Assembly (NCBI GenBank): GCA_963717505.1
Contig: OY970342.1
Location: 3,360,001 to 3,424,000 of the forward strand
Direction: 5' to 3'
DNA length: 64,000 nt
DNA from: Candidatus Eiseniibacteriota bacterium
GTDB taxonomy: Bacteria > Eisenbacteria > RBG-16-71-46
The stretch's first letter is position 1. Every line of letters begins with the position of its first letter. The position numbers and the translations under genes are program-made. Shown piece after piece: positions 39,266-49,256 of the stretch. The notes beneath the pieces are model-generated. The model was not told the origin of the DNA. It ran no database searches and saw only the letters and a list, made by a program, of their open reading frames with translations.

Positions 39266-39979
39266 ATGTCACAAGCAGACGCAGCAATCAAGAACGTGGT
39301 TCTGGTTCACGGCGGGTTCGTGGACGGATCGGGCTGGGAGGGGGTCTACAACATCCTCAAGAAGGACGGCTTCACGGTCACCATCGTTCAGAACCCCACC
39401 ATCTCGCTCGCAGACGACGTGGCGGTGACGAAGCGCGCGTTGGCGGCGCAGAGCGGCCCGGCGATTCTGGTCGGCCACTCCTACGGCGGAGTCGTGATCA
39501 CGGAGGCGGGCAGCCATCCGAACGTCGCGGGGCTCGTGTACATCGCCGCGTTCGCTCCCGACAAGAACGAGTCGATCTCGACGCTGATCAAGGACCCACC
39601 TCCGGGTGCGCCGGTGCCGCCGATCCTGCCGCCCCAGGACGGCTTCCTATTCCTCGACAAGGCGAAATTCCGGGAGTCATTCGCCGCCGATGTGGCGCCG
39701 GATGCCGCAGCGTTCATGGCCGACGCGCAGGTGCCCTGGGGTCTCGAAGCCCTGAATGGCGCCGTCACGGAGCCGGCGTGGAGGTCGAAGCCGACCTGGT
39801 ACTTGGTGTCCACCAGCGACCGGATGATCCCGCCCGACGCGCAGCGTGCGATGTCCAAGCGGACGGGAGCGACGGTTGTCGAGGTCAAGGGCAGCCACGC
39901 CGTGTACGTGTCGCAGCCGCGCGAAGTGGCACATCTGATCGAGCAGGCGGCCAAGAGTCTGACACTGGCCGCGAGGTAA
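39266..39979 (+). CDS. Alpha/beta-fold hydrolase
   Basis: VLVHGG, GHSYGG nucleophile elbow, D..IP and GSH; SD GGGAGG. Confidence 0.93.
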   Translation: MSQADAAIKNVVLVHGGFVDGSGWEGVYNILKKDGFTVTIVQNPTISLADDVAVTKRALAAQSGPAILVGHSYGGVVITEAGSHPNVAGLVYIAAFAPDKNESISTLIKDPPPGAPVPPILPPQDGFLFLDKAKFRESFAADVAPDAAAFMADAQVPWGLEALNGAVTEPAWRSKPTWYLVSTSDRMIPPDAQRAMSKRTGATVVEVKGSHAVYVSQPREVAHLIEQAAKSLTLAAR

Positions 39980-40008
39980 GCGAACGTCACGGCGTCATCG
40001 TCATGCAT

Positions 40009-40050
40009 GCCGGCCCGGGGACCATGGTGGTCCTCGGGCCGGCCGATTTT
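40009..40050 (+). terminator. Probable intrinsic terminator
   Basis: 16-bp stem GCCGGCCCGGGGACCA/TGGTCCTCGGGCCGGC followed by cgaTTTT. Confidence 0.6.
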
Positions 40051-40248
40051 GCGGAGATTGGCCAAGGGGACCCGCGCCGGGGTGATGCGTTAGCGCGGTG
40101 ACTTCGCGAGCGCAGGCAACTCGAGCACGGTCCCGAAGCCCGACTGGGCCTCATCGTCGTCCCACAGTTCGGGGAGAAAGATCACACGCCGGTCGTCGAG
40201 CCAGCCGACATTCGACTCCTCGCACCGGACTGGGCGAGAAAACCGCTA

Positions 40249-40962
40249 TTGCGGAGACGGAGCGGCGGTGACATCGTAACTGTCCGTGGCCTATCCAATG
40301 CGCGGAAACATCTGGATGCACGAGGACTTCTGAGACCTTCCGCGACGGGGCCGGCGCCGACCAGCCGGGACGTTGGATTTGTCGGGGTAGGGGCTCTTGC
40401 GGGTGCCTTCTCCTCGTTCGTATTCACCCTACTCCACCAGCTCCTCATCAGTTCAATCTGGTTTGCCTTCCCGATCATGCTGATCGCCGGAGCATTGTGC
40501 GGGATGTGCCTCGCGTGGAGCTACGCGCTGGTGATCGCGACTCCCACGGCTCGCAGTTGGCTCCAATACAATCTGTTCTACCTCGTCATGTTCGTCGCGC
40601 TGGGTGTCACGTCTCTGGCGGCGTTCAGACCCGTGACGACCATCGCCGCCCTCCTCGCGGCCAACGAGCCCCCGCGTGAACTGATCGGCCGCGCATTCCC
40701 CGTCACGTTCCTGTTCACCCTTGCGGCCGCCGTGCTGCTGATCATCCGCTATCGCCCCGACTGGCGCGGCGCTGGCGGAATACTCGTCACGACGACTGTC
40801 CTCGTCGTGTTACTGGGTCTCAACATCTCCATCCTCGGTTTCGTCGCCGTGCCCCGCTCCGACCTGGGTGTCCTCTTGGAGGTGTTTCTTCTACTTCTAG
40901 CGATCCTTGGCGTCTATGCCGCCGCCGTCATGGCACTCGGGCGGTCTCGCTTTTGGAGTTGA
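40249..40962 (+). CDS. Multi-pass membrane protein (hypothetical; start uncertain)
   Basis: About six hydrophobic helices from GALAGAFSS onward. Confidence 0.7.
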   Translation: MRRRSGGDIVTVRGLSNARKHLDARGLLRPSATGPAPTSRDVGFVGVGALAGAFSSFVFTLLHQLLISSIWFAFPIMLIAGALCGMCLAWSYALVIATPTARSWLQYNLFYLVMFVALGVTSLAAFRPVTTIAALLAANEPPRELIGRAFPVTFLFTLAAAVLLIIRYRPDWRGAGGILVTTTVLVVLLGLNISILGFVAVPRSDLGVLLEVFLLLLAILGVYAAAVMALGRSRFWS

Positions 40963-40985
40963 GGAAGGATAGGTACATTCGCCCG

Positions 40986-43064
40986 ATGCCGCTGACTCCT
41001 ACGACCCGCCTCGGCTCATACGAGATCATCAGCTCGCTCGGCGCCGGTGGCATGGGGGAGGTGTATCGGGCGAAAGACCTGCGCCTCGGTCGCGAGGTGG
41101 CGCTCAAGGTGCTGCCGGCCGACGTGGCCGACACCGACCGCCTGGCCCGATTCGAGCGCGAGGCGAAGACGGTGGCGAGCCTCAATCACCCCAACATCGT
41201 GGTCCTGCACTCCATCGAAGAGGTTGCCGGCACGCGCTTCCTCACGATGGAGCTGGTCGAAGGCCGGGATCTGACCGCGCTCGTCGCGCCGGGCGGGCTT
41301 TCTCTGACCCAGGTGCTCGATCTGGCGATCCCGATGGCCGACGCGCTGGTCGCCGCGCACGAGAAAGGCGTGGTGCATCGAGACCTCAAGCCCGCGAACG
41401 TCATGGTGACGCGCGAGGGAAGGGTCAAAGTGCTGGACTTCGGCCTGGCCAAACTCACGAGGACCGAGCCAGACCTCCAGAACACACAGGCGCCGACGAT
41501 CGTGGCGCCGCTCTCCATGGCCGGGGAAGTGATGGGCACGGTGCCGTACATGGCGCCGGAGCAGATCCTCGGACAGGCGGTGGATACACGTACCGACCTG
41601 TTCTCGTTCGGCATCCTGATCTACGAGCTCGCGACCGGACGGAGGCCCTTCGCCGGCCAGACCTCATGGGAGCTGGCCTCCGCGATCATGAACGACCGCC
41701 CCGCGTCGCTCACGAGCATTCGCTCCGATCTGCCCGCCGACCTCGAGCGCATCGTCGGCCGATGCCTGGAGAAGCGGCCGCGCGAGCGGTTCCAGACCGC
41801 GCTTGATGTGATGAACGAGCTGCGCGGGCTGAGGCGCACGCTCGAACCGGCGGGGCCGTTGCTGCACGTGCCACAGGACCGGCCATCGATCGCCGTGCTG
41901 CCATTTGAGAATCTCAGCGGCGATCGGGAACAGGAGTATTTTGCCGACGGGATTGTCACCGAGATCATCACCGGGCTTTCCCGCATCAAGTGGCTCTTTG
42001 TGATTTCCCGTAACTCGACATTCATTTACAAGGGCAAGCCGATCGACGTGAAAGCCGTCGGCCGTGAACTGGGCGTGCGGTATGTGCTCGAGGGCAGTGT
42101 CCGCCGGTCCGGCAATCAGGTGCGCGTGACAGGGGAACTGATCGAGTCGGCGACCGCCCGACATGTGTGGGCCGATCGGTACGACGGCACAATGGGCGAC
42201 ATCTTCGCGCTCCAGGACGAGATGACCATGAGCGTCATCGGCGCAGTCGAGCCGACCTTGCGAAAGGCCGAGGTCGAGCGTGCCCGGCGGAAGCGCCCCG
42301 ACAGTCTCGATGCATACGATCTGTTTCTACGTGCTCTCCCATTCGCCGCCACCGCGATGCCGGAGGATGCCGACAAAGCGCTCGTGCTGCTGGAGGAGGC
42401 GATCCGCCTGGAACCGGACTACGCCATCGCCCATGGGTGTATCGCCTGGTGTCACGAGCAGCGCTACCTGCGCGGCGGTCTGCAGGCCGAATCTCGCGAT
42501 GCTGCCCGCAAACACGCCCACGCGGCCATCAGGAATGGCAGCGACGATGCGATGGCGCTGGCGTTGGGCGGTTTTGTCGTCGCTGTGACGGATGGATGCT
42601 TTGAATCTTCCGCGATCGATGCCCTCGACCGGTCCATCGCATTGAGTCCATCTTTGGCACTTGCATTCGGTTTCAGTTCCATTGTCCGCGCATGGAGAGG
42701 CGACGCCGCCACCGCGATCGAACATGCCAGGATCGGCATTCGCCTCAGCCCGTACGACCCCTTGATCCACATTCCCTATGTCGGCCTTGCGCATGCACAC
42801 TTCCTGACCGGGGAGTGGGCAGATGCGGCAGACGCGGCGCGCAGAGCTTCGCAGGCAAATCCACGATTCAGCGTTCCGGTGTACCTGCTGGCGGCGGCCC
42901 TTACCCGACTCGGCCGTGTCACCGAAGCGCAATCGGCTTCCGTGCGTTTGCTCGAGTTGCAGCCTGGCTTCACGGTCAGCGGCATGCTGGCGGGGCATCC
43001 CGTGAAGGTAGAGGTACTGGCCCGTTTGGCTGATGCGCTGCGTGAGCTGGGACTGCCAGAGTAG
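40986..43064 (+). CDS. Ser/Thr kinase + adenylate-cyclase-type TolB_N/TPR module
   Basis: Start reassigned to ATG 40986 (TACATT-N6-ATG); complete kinase motifs; DRPSIAVLPFENLSGD.EQEYFADG...IKWLFVISRNS. Confidence 0.95.
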   Translation: MPLTPTTRLGSYEIISSLGAGGMGEVYRAKDLRLGREVALKVLPADVADTDRLARFEREAKTVASLNHPNIVVLHSIEEVAGTRFLTMELVEGRDLTALVAPGGLSLTQVLDLAIPMADALVAAHEKGVVHRDLKPANVMVTREGRVKVLDFGLAKLTRTEPDLQNTQAPTIVAPLSMAGEVMGTVPYMAPEQILGQAVDTRTDLFSFGILIYELATGRRPFAGQTSWELASAIMNDRPASLTSIRSDLPADLERIVGRCLEKRPRERFQTALDVMNELRGLRRTLEPAGPLLHVPQDRPSIAVLPFENLSGDREQEYFADGIVTEIITGLSRIKWLFVISRNSTFIYKGKPIDVKAVGRELGVRYVLEGSVRRSGNQVRVTGELIESATARHVWADRYDGTMGDIFALQDEMTMSVIGAVEPTLRKAEVERARRKRPDSLDAYDLFLRALPFAATAMPEDADKALVLLEEAIRLEPDYAIAHGCIAWCHEQRYLRGGLQAESRDAARKHAHAAIRNGSDDAMALALGGFVVAVTDGCFESSAIDALDRSIALSPSLALAFGFSSIVRAWRGDAATAIEHARIGIRLSPYDPLIHIPYVGLAHAHFLTGEWADAADAARRASQANPRFSVPVYLLAAALTRLGRVTEAQSASVRLLELQPGFTVSGMLAGHPVKVEVLARLADALRELGLPE

Positions 43065-43178
43065 GTTTGGTCGAGAAAGCGTATCGTGGCCCCGTAGCTC
43101 AGACACAGTTCTCGTAGCCAATGTCGTAGCCAGTCCGAGCACCCTCTCACGACGGGCCCCCTGAGGTACATTCCCGCG

Positions 43179-44820
43179 ATGCCGCTGACTCTCGGGTCCC
43201 GCCTCGGCCCCTACGAGATCGTCGCGCCGCTCGGCGCGGGAGGTATGGGCGAGGTCTACCGGGCTCGCGACCCGCGCCTCAAGCGCGAGATCGCGATCAA
43301 GGTTCTGCCCGCCGACGTGACGTCGTCGCCCGACCGCCTCGCCCGCTTGGAGCGCGAAGCGACCACCGTGGCCGGGCTCAACCACCCGAACATCGTGGTG
43401 CTCCACTCCATCGAGGAGGCCGGCGGAATTCGATTCCTCACCATGGAGCTGGTGGAGGGGCGGAGCCTCGCCGAGCTCCTCACTCCCGGCGGATTGCCGA
43501 TCGCCCAAGTGCTCGACCTCGCGATCCCGCTCGCTGAGGCGCTGGTGGCCGCGCACGAGAAGGGCGTCGTGCACCGGGATCTCAAGCCCGCGAACGTGAT
43601 GGTGACGCGGGAGGGAAGGGTCAAGGTGCTGGACTTCGGTCTCGCCAAGTTCACCGAGGCGGAGCCGGATCTCGACGCTACTCACGCCGCGACGATCGCA
43701 TCGCCGATCTCCGACGGCGGGCAGGTCGTGGGTACGGTGCCGTACATGGCGCCGGAGCAGATACGTGGCGAAGCTGTCGACGCCCGCACCGACCTGTTCT
43801 CGCTCGGGGTTCTGATCTACGAGCTGGCCGGCGGCCAGCGACCGTTCACCGGGCAGAGCCATGCCGACGTCAGCTCGGCGATCCTGCGCGACCGCCCGCC
43901 GTCGCTGACGAGTCTGCGCGCGGACCTCCCGGGCGACCTCGAGCGCATCATCGGTCGCTGTCTCGAAAAGAACCCGCGCGAGCGGTTCCAGACGGCGCTC
44001 GACGTGGCGAACGAGCTGCGCTCGATCCGACGCAGCCTCGAGCGCGATGCATCTCCGGTGCCTCGCCCGAGCGGTCCCCGCCGATCTCGGCTCCTGCTCG
44101 CGACAGCCGCAGTCGCGATGCTCATCGTGGCCGTGGTCGCTATCGGCATGGTGCTACGCACCCGACGCGCGCCGGGCCCGGGGGCGATCCGGTCGCTGGC
44201 CGTTCTGCCGCTCGAGAACCTCTCGCGCGATCCGGCACAGGACTTCTTCGCGGACGGCATGACCGAGGAGCTGATTACGAGCCTCGCCAACATCGAGGGC
44301 GTGAGCGTCATTTCGCGCACTTCGTCGATGCAATACAGAGGCACGAAGAAGACCATCCCGCAAATCGCTCGCGAGCTGAAGGTGGACGCAGTGGTTGAAG
44401 GCTCCGCGATGCGGGTGGGTGACGACGTGCGCATCAGCGCCCAGCTCATCGAGGCGGCGACGGACCGGCACCTGTGGGCAAGAAGCTACCAGCGCAGTCT
44501 GGCGAACGTTCTCGTCCTACAGGGCGAGGTCGCGCAGGCGATCGCCGCGGAGATCCGCTCGACACTGACGCCCCGGGGGGAGGCGCGGGTCACCGGCGCG
44601 CCCTCGGTGAACGCCGCGGCCCACGAGGACTATCTCAAGGGGCGATACGAGTGGAGCAAGCGAACGCCGGAGGCAACCCGCCTCGCGATCGCCCTCTTCG
44701 AGCGCTCGATCGCCACCGACTCGAGCTACGCAGCAGCTTGGGCCGGGCTCGCGGATGTCTACCTGGTGCCCACAAATCAGAGTGAGCCGACGCGACCGCG
44801 GTTGGTAAAGGCGTTCGAGG
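43179..44820 (+). repeat. Long direct repeat with 62357-64000 (duplicated kinase gene)
   Basis: Colinear near-identity at offset 19,178 bp. Confidence 0.95.
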
Positions 44821-45566
44821 CGGTGCACCATGCCCTGAGGCTCGACCCCCATCTTGCCGAGGCCCATGCGACGCTGGGAGCGCTGAAGTACCAGATGGAG
44901 TACGACTGGGCCGGGGCCGATTTGGAGTTTCGCACCTCGCTCACCCTCAATCCCAGCTATGCGACCGCGCACCAGTGGTACGGGCTTTCGCTCGCGGTCC
45001 GGGGCAGACTGGACGAGGCTGAGGCGGAACTGGCACGCGCCCGTGAGCTGGATCCCCTCTCCACCATTATGCTGTTCAACCAGGGGCAGATCCTCTACTG
45101 GCAGCGCCGGTACGACGAGGCCATCCCCGTTCTCCAGGAGGTCGTCGGGTCTCCTTGGCCCGGATTCAGCGGCGGTCACGTGTGGCTCGGCCGGGCCTAC
45201 TACGCAAAGCGGATGTATCCGGCGGCTCTGGCCGAGTTCGTAATCGCTGATTCGTTGGAAGGGGGAAGTCTGCACCGCGACGAACGGATCCGCGCGGCCG
45301 TGCTCGCGGGGGACACGACGCGGTACATGAGTCTGTCGGTTGCCGAAGGAGAGAAGCGCGCGAAGAGGGAGTATGTCAGCCCGACCAACCTGATCGTCGG
45401 ATACGCCCAGCTCGGCGACAGCAACCGCGCGTTCGATTGGGTGGAGAGAGGCTGGGAGGAGCGTGACTTCAGAATGCTGGTCACTCTCCGGGACGCGATG
45501 CTGGACCCGCTGCGCTCCGACCCGCGCTTCGCTGCGATCCTTCGGAAGCACGGGCTCGAGCCGTGA
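43179..45566 (+). CDS. Ser/Thr kinase + TM helix + TolB_N + TPR
   Basis: Complete kinase motifs; hydrophobic LLLATAAVAMLIVAVVAIGMVL; SLAVLPLENLS; TPRs. Confidence 0.95.
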   Translation: MPLTLGSRLGPYEIVAPLGAGGMGEVYRARDPRLKREIAIKVLPADVTSSPDRLARLEREATTVAGLNHPNIVVLHSIEEAGGIRFLTMELVEGRSLAELLTPGGLPIAQVLDLAIPLAEALVAAHEKGVVHRDLKPANVMVTREGRVKVLDFGLAKFTEAEPDLDATHAATIASPISDGGQVVGTVPYMAPEQIRGEAVDARTDLFSLGVLIYELAGGQRPFTGQSHADVSSAILRDRPPSLTSLRADLPGDLERIIGRCLEKNPRERFQTALDVANELRSIRRSLERDASPVPRPSGPRRSRLLLATAAVAMLIVAVVAIGMVLRTRRAPGPGAIRSLAVLPLENLSRDPAQDFFADGMTEELITSLANIEGVSVISRTSSMQYRGTKKTIPQIARELKVDAVVEGSAMRVGDDVRISAQLIEAATDRHLWARSYQRSLANVLVLQGEVAQAIAAEIRSTLTPRGEARVTGAPSVNAAAHEDYLKGRYEWSKRTPEATRLAIALFERSIATDSSYAAAWAGLADVYLVPTNQSEPTRPRLVKAFEAVHHALRLDPHLAEAHATLGALKYQMEYDWAGADLEFRTSLTLNPSYATAHQWYGLSLAVRGRLDEAEAELARARELDPLSTIMLFNQGQILYWQRRYDEAIPVLQEVVGSPWPGFSGGHVWLGRAYYAKRMYPAALAEFVIADSLEGGSLHRDERIRAAVLAGDTTRYMSLSVAEGEKRAKREYVSPTNLIVGYAQLGDSNRAFDWVERGWEERDFRMLVTLRDAMLDPLRSDPRFAAILRKHGLEP

Positions 45567-45588
45567 GCCGGGGGAGAGTGAAGGAGAC

Positions 45589-46397
45589 ATGTCCAGCCCG
45601 CAGGCGGTTCTTCTTGTCGGTGGCACCGGACGCACCGGCCGTCACGTGTTGCACCAGCTCCTAGAGCGCGGCATCCCGTTCGCGCCATCGTTCGATCAGG
45701 CGGGAGGCTCGCACCAGACGCTGCGAGGAATCCCAACCTGACCGTGATCGAGGCCAGCCTGCTATCGCTCCCCGATGAGGATCTGCTGCGCTACCTTCGC
45801 GGCTGCGATGCTGTGATCTCGTGTCTCGGTCACGTCCTCAGCTTCAAGGGCATCTTCGGACCGCCGCGCGACCTCGTCACAAGAGCGACGTCGCGGCTGT
45901 GCCGAGGGATCGAGGTGCTGCTGCCCGCAGCTCCAATCAAGTTCATCCTCATGAGCAGTGTCTCGGTCAATCGCCCAGGGGGCCTCGACACGCGCCGGGG
46001 CCCCCTGGAGAAGGCGTTTCTCCGAATTCTCTGCGGCGGGCTTCCCCCGGCCGGGGACAACCAGTGGGCCGCTGACTTTCTCCATGAGAAGGTCGGGGCG
46101 AGCAACCCGTTCGTGGAGTGGACGGCGGTGCGACCGGACACGCTGCTCCCAGGCGACGTCTCGGAGTACACGTTGCACGAGGGCCTGGTGAACAGCCTCT
46201 TTGCTCCAGGCAGCACGAACATGGCCAACATCGCGAACTTCATGTGCGAGCTCGTGACGAACCCGAAGACGTGGGCAGACTGGAAGGCCAAGCTGCCCGT
46301 GATCATCAACGCTGTAGCGGCGACCGTCCAAAAGCACGCTGGTGGGCGCGCGCTCGCGGGCCCTATGATCCCCCCACGGCTCGGAGAAAACAGATGA
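45589..46397 (+). CDS. NAD(P)-binding Rossmann protein (NAD_binding_10-like), one frameshift
   Basis: GGTGRTG at the N-terminus; a missing base in the C-run near 45675 restores ...GIPVRAIVRS...; AVRP motif. Confidence 0.8.
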
Positions 46398-46786
46398 CCA
46401 ACTCAGTGACTCACTTCGAGATCTACGCTGAAGAGCCGGTGAAGCTCGCGGAGTTTTACCGGGCGCTGCTGGGCTGGCAAATCGAGAAGGCGGCGGGAAT
46501 CGACTACTGGCGCGTACAGTCTGCGCCCGCCGGCACCAACGGCGTCAACGGCGGCATGCTGCTGCGGCCGATCCCCGGGCCGCGCAGTTGGGTGCACTAC
46601 GTCCACGTCGAATCGCTCGACCGTACGCTCGAGCAGTTGCTGGCGCTCGGTGGCTCGGTCGTGCGGCCCAAAGCGGCGGTGCCCAAGACGGCCTGGTACG
46701 CAGTGGTGACCGACCCGGACGGAAACATTTTCGCACTCTGGCAATCCGATCCTCTCGCGATGCCGGCACCGGAACCAGAAGACTGA
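46394..46786 (+). CDS. VOC/glyoxalase-family protein
   Basis: VTHFEI...FY..LLGW...GG...DPDGN.F.LW; ATGA coupling. Confidence 0.92.
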   Translation: MTNSVTHFEIYAEEPVKLAEFYRALLGWQIEKAAGIDYWRVQSAPAGTNGVNGGMLLRPIPGPRSWVHYVHVESLDRTLEQLLALGGSVVRPKAAVPKTAWYAVVTDPDGNIFALWQSDPLAMPAPEPED

Positions 46787-46818
46787 CGTAGGAACACTGA
46801 CTCGAAAGGAAGGCGACA

Positions 46819-47966
46819 ATGCATTTCACCGACGATGCGCTATACCCCGAGAACATGAAGCCCCTGATCATCACCGCGGCGCCGTATGGACCGTCGTGGC
46901 TGCCGGGCGATACGACTGACATCGCCGTCACCTGGGACGAGCAGGTCCAGGCGGCGGTGGATTGCTACAACGCCGGCGCCAGGGTCCTGCACCTCCACGT
47001 GCGCAACCCCGCGACCGGGCGCCTCTCGGCGAAAATCGAGCACTTCAACTACATGATGGAACGCCTCAAGAAAGCCGTGCCTGAAATGATCATCCAGGTC
47101 GGCGGCTCGATCGCCTTCGACCACCCCAAGGATGACGGGCAGGTCAATTGGCTGAGCTACGATACGCGTCACATGCTCGCGGAAATAACGCCAAAGCCGG
47201 AGACCGTCACGGTCGCCATCGGCACCTCCATGATGGACCTCACGCAGATGTGGACTCCAGATGATATTCAGGGGAACACATCTCGAGAGAGATCCGAAGG
47301 CAATGGCAGCCTGGGCCGGCATGTATACCGACGCCGGTCCGGCCTTTTACCTGGAGCACCTGAAGCGCCTGAGAAAGGTCGGTATTCAGCCCTATTTCAC
47401 GCTGGCGCATGTTCACCAGCTCGAGATCGTGGAGCGGCTGATCCGCCACGGTGTTTACATGGGTCCGCTGAACACGAATATCACCACGTACGGCGGGGGC
47501 GGGTGCGGCCACAATCCGTTCGATTGGATGCACTGGCTCCAACGCCAACCGCAGGGTGCCATCGTCACGTTCTGGGCCGCGATGCGGGTCGCTGCGGTCG
47601 CCCAGCCGCTGGCGCTCATCATGGGCCAGCATTGTCGGGTCGGCATCGAGGACAATATCTGGAACAGTAAGCGTGAGCGCATGACGACGTTGCAGCAGAT
47701 CGAGGCGATCGTGTCACTCGCCGAGCGATTCGGCCGCAAGATCGCGACCGCGGCGGAAGCGCGTGAGATCATGAAGATCGGGGTCTGGTACAACAGCGTG
47801 GACGAGACGTTGCAGAACCTCGGCATGGCGCCCAACCGCGGGGACGACGACCGCGGCTTCATGGTGTGGGAGACCGACGGAAAGAAGAGCGTCGCAGCAT
47901 GCGATGTCCGATTCGCATCCCATGGCCTACTGCATGGTGCCACCGGAGCCGGCAGCTACGCAGTGA
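46819..47966 (+). CDS. 3-keto-5-aminohexanoate cleavage enzyme (BKACE/DUF849) family, two frameshifts
   Basis: IITAAP, AGA.VLHLHVR and RVGIEDN motifs; shift at a G-run near 47272 and probably near 47898 (tail ...SDSHPMAYC...* ending in a TGATG overlap). Confidence 0.8.
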
Positions 47967-48746
47967 TGGCAGAAACGACGCCAGCACCCGATCGGTCGCC
48001 TGTGGGTCCCTCAACGGGTCCCTGGGACGACCCTGCGCTCACCCAGTTCCGCGAATGGGAACCGGCGTGGGTCGATCAATGCCTCAAGATGTCCGCAGGT
48101 CCGTGGACCAGCGGCGTACTACCGCGCAAAGACGTCGAGCTGATCAGCATTGCGGTGAACGCTGCTTGTACGAACCTGAGCGCCGAGGGAGCCCGTCGCC
48201 ATATTCGCGGTGCACTCCAAGCCGGCGCGACCCGCGAAGAGATCCTGATGACCCTGAAGGTCGCAGTCTCTTCTGGCGCTCCATACGTGCAGCCTGGGCG
48301 CACCCATTCTGTTGGAGGAAGCGAAGGCGGCCGGGGTGGATTTCACGCCGACGTCGGCGGTGACCCCGGTCTGCGACAAGATGCGGGCCGCGGGCCAATG
48401 GAATCCCGCCTGGGACGCATTCTTCGAGATTGCGCCGGCCTGGACGGAAGCGATCATCGCCGTGAGCCTGCCGGTATACACCAGCGGCGTATTCTCACCC
48501 AAGCTGGCGGAACTCATGAGCATCGCCGTCGATGCGTCGATTACTCATATGTACGCACCGGGAACCCGCCGGCACGTCCAGTCGGCGCTGAAGCTCGGCG
48601 CGACGATCGAGGAGATCATGGAGGTCTTCAAGATTTGCGTCGCCTCGGGCATGCAGGCGAGCAATCTCGGTATCCCCATCCTGGCCGAGGAACTTCAACG
48701 CGTGCAGGCCATCAAGCGCGGCCGCATGAAAGCGAGTGGTGAATGA
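47966..48746 (+). CDS. Double-domain carboxymuconolactone decarboxylase (AhpD-like) protein, one frameshift
   Basis: Two repeats of 'EL.SIAV.A...H...AL..GAT.EEI'; shift near 48268. Confidence 0.8.
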
Positions 48747-48829
48747 TCGAAATGATCTACCAGCTAATCGAGTGGGCGGCGCTGGGGATTGAGCTGCTCG
48801 CCGTCGCCGCCCCCACAGCGGATCGATGA
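48743..48829 (+). pseudogene. 28-aa ORF, possible N-terminal relic of a DUF1622 membrane protein
   Basis: MIEMIYQLIEWAALGIELLAVA...; ATGA overlaps on both sides. Confidence 0.4.
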
Positions 48830-49215
48830 CGATTCCCGAGAAACCCGCGGACAAGCCGGATGCGACGCAACTTGCTCTGGAGCGCACGTTTCTCGCCCAT
48901 GAGCGAACGCTCATGGCGTGGACCCGAACGGCGACGTCGATGATCGGCTTCGGGTTCACCATCTATAAGTTCTTTCAGTTCGAGTTGAAGGGAACAACCG
49001 CGGTCGAGACGCTCGTGAGTCCGCGAGCCTTCGGATTGGCGATGATCGCTATTGGCCTGGTCTCGCTGCTCATGGGCACCGTGCAGCAAATGGCGAGCAT
49101 GCGGCACCTTCGGGCGCACTGGCCGCAGGCTCCCCGCTCGATAGCCACGATGCTCGCGGGCCTCATCGCGGTCCTCGGGTTGGGAGCGCTGATCGCTACG
49201 ATTGCTCGGCGATGA
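48826..49215 (+). CDS. DUF202 (YidH-like) inner-membrane protein
   Basis: LA.ERT.LA.ERT.MAW.RT motif; three TM segments. Confidence 0.88.
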   Translation: MTIPEKPADKPDATQLALERTFLAHERTLMAWTRTATSMIGFGFTIYKFFQFELKGTTAVETLVSPRAFGLAMIAIGLVSLLMGTVQQMASMRHLRAHWPQAPRSIATMLAGLIAVLGLGALIATIARR

Positions 49216-49256
49216 GAAGCCCAAACCAGCATGCAGACCACTGAGAGGAGCCGATC

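Noticed and set aside
43088-43160. tRNA gene
   Set aside because: Only the first 15 nt are tRNA-like; no T-loop (GTTCRA) or cloverleaf.
47261-48742. 493-aa BKACE-CMD fusion
   Set aside because: Better explained by indels: an alternative frame ends in a TGATG overlap at 47964-47968, giving two separate genes.
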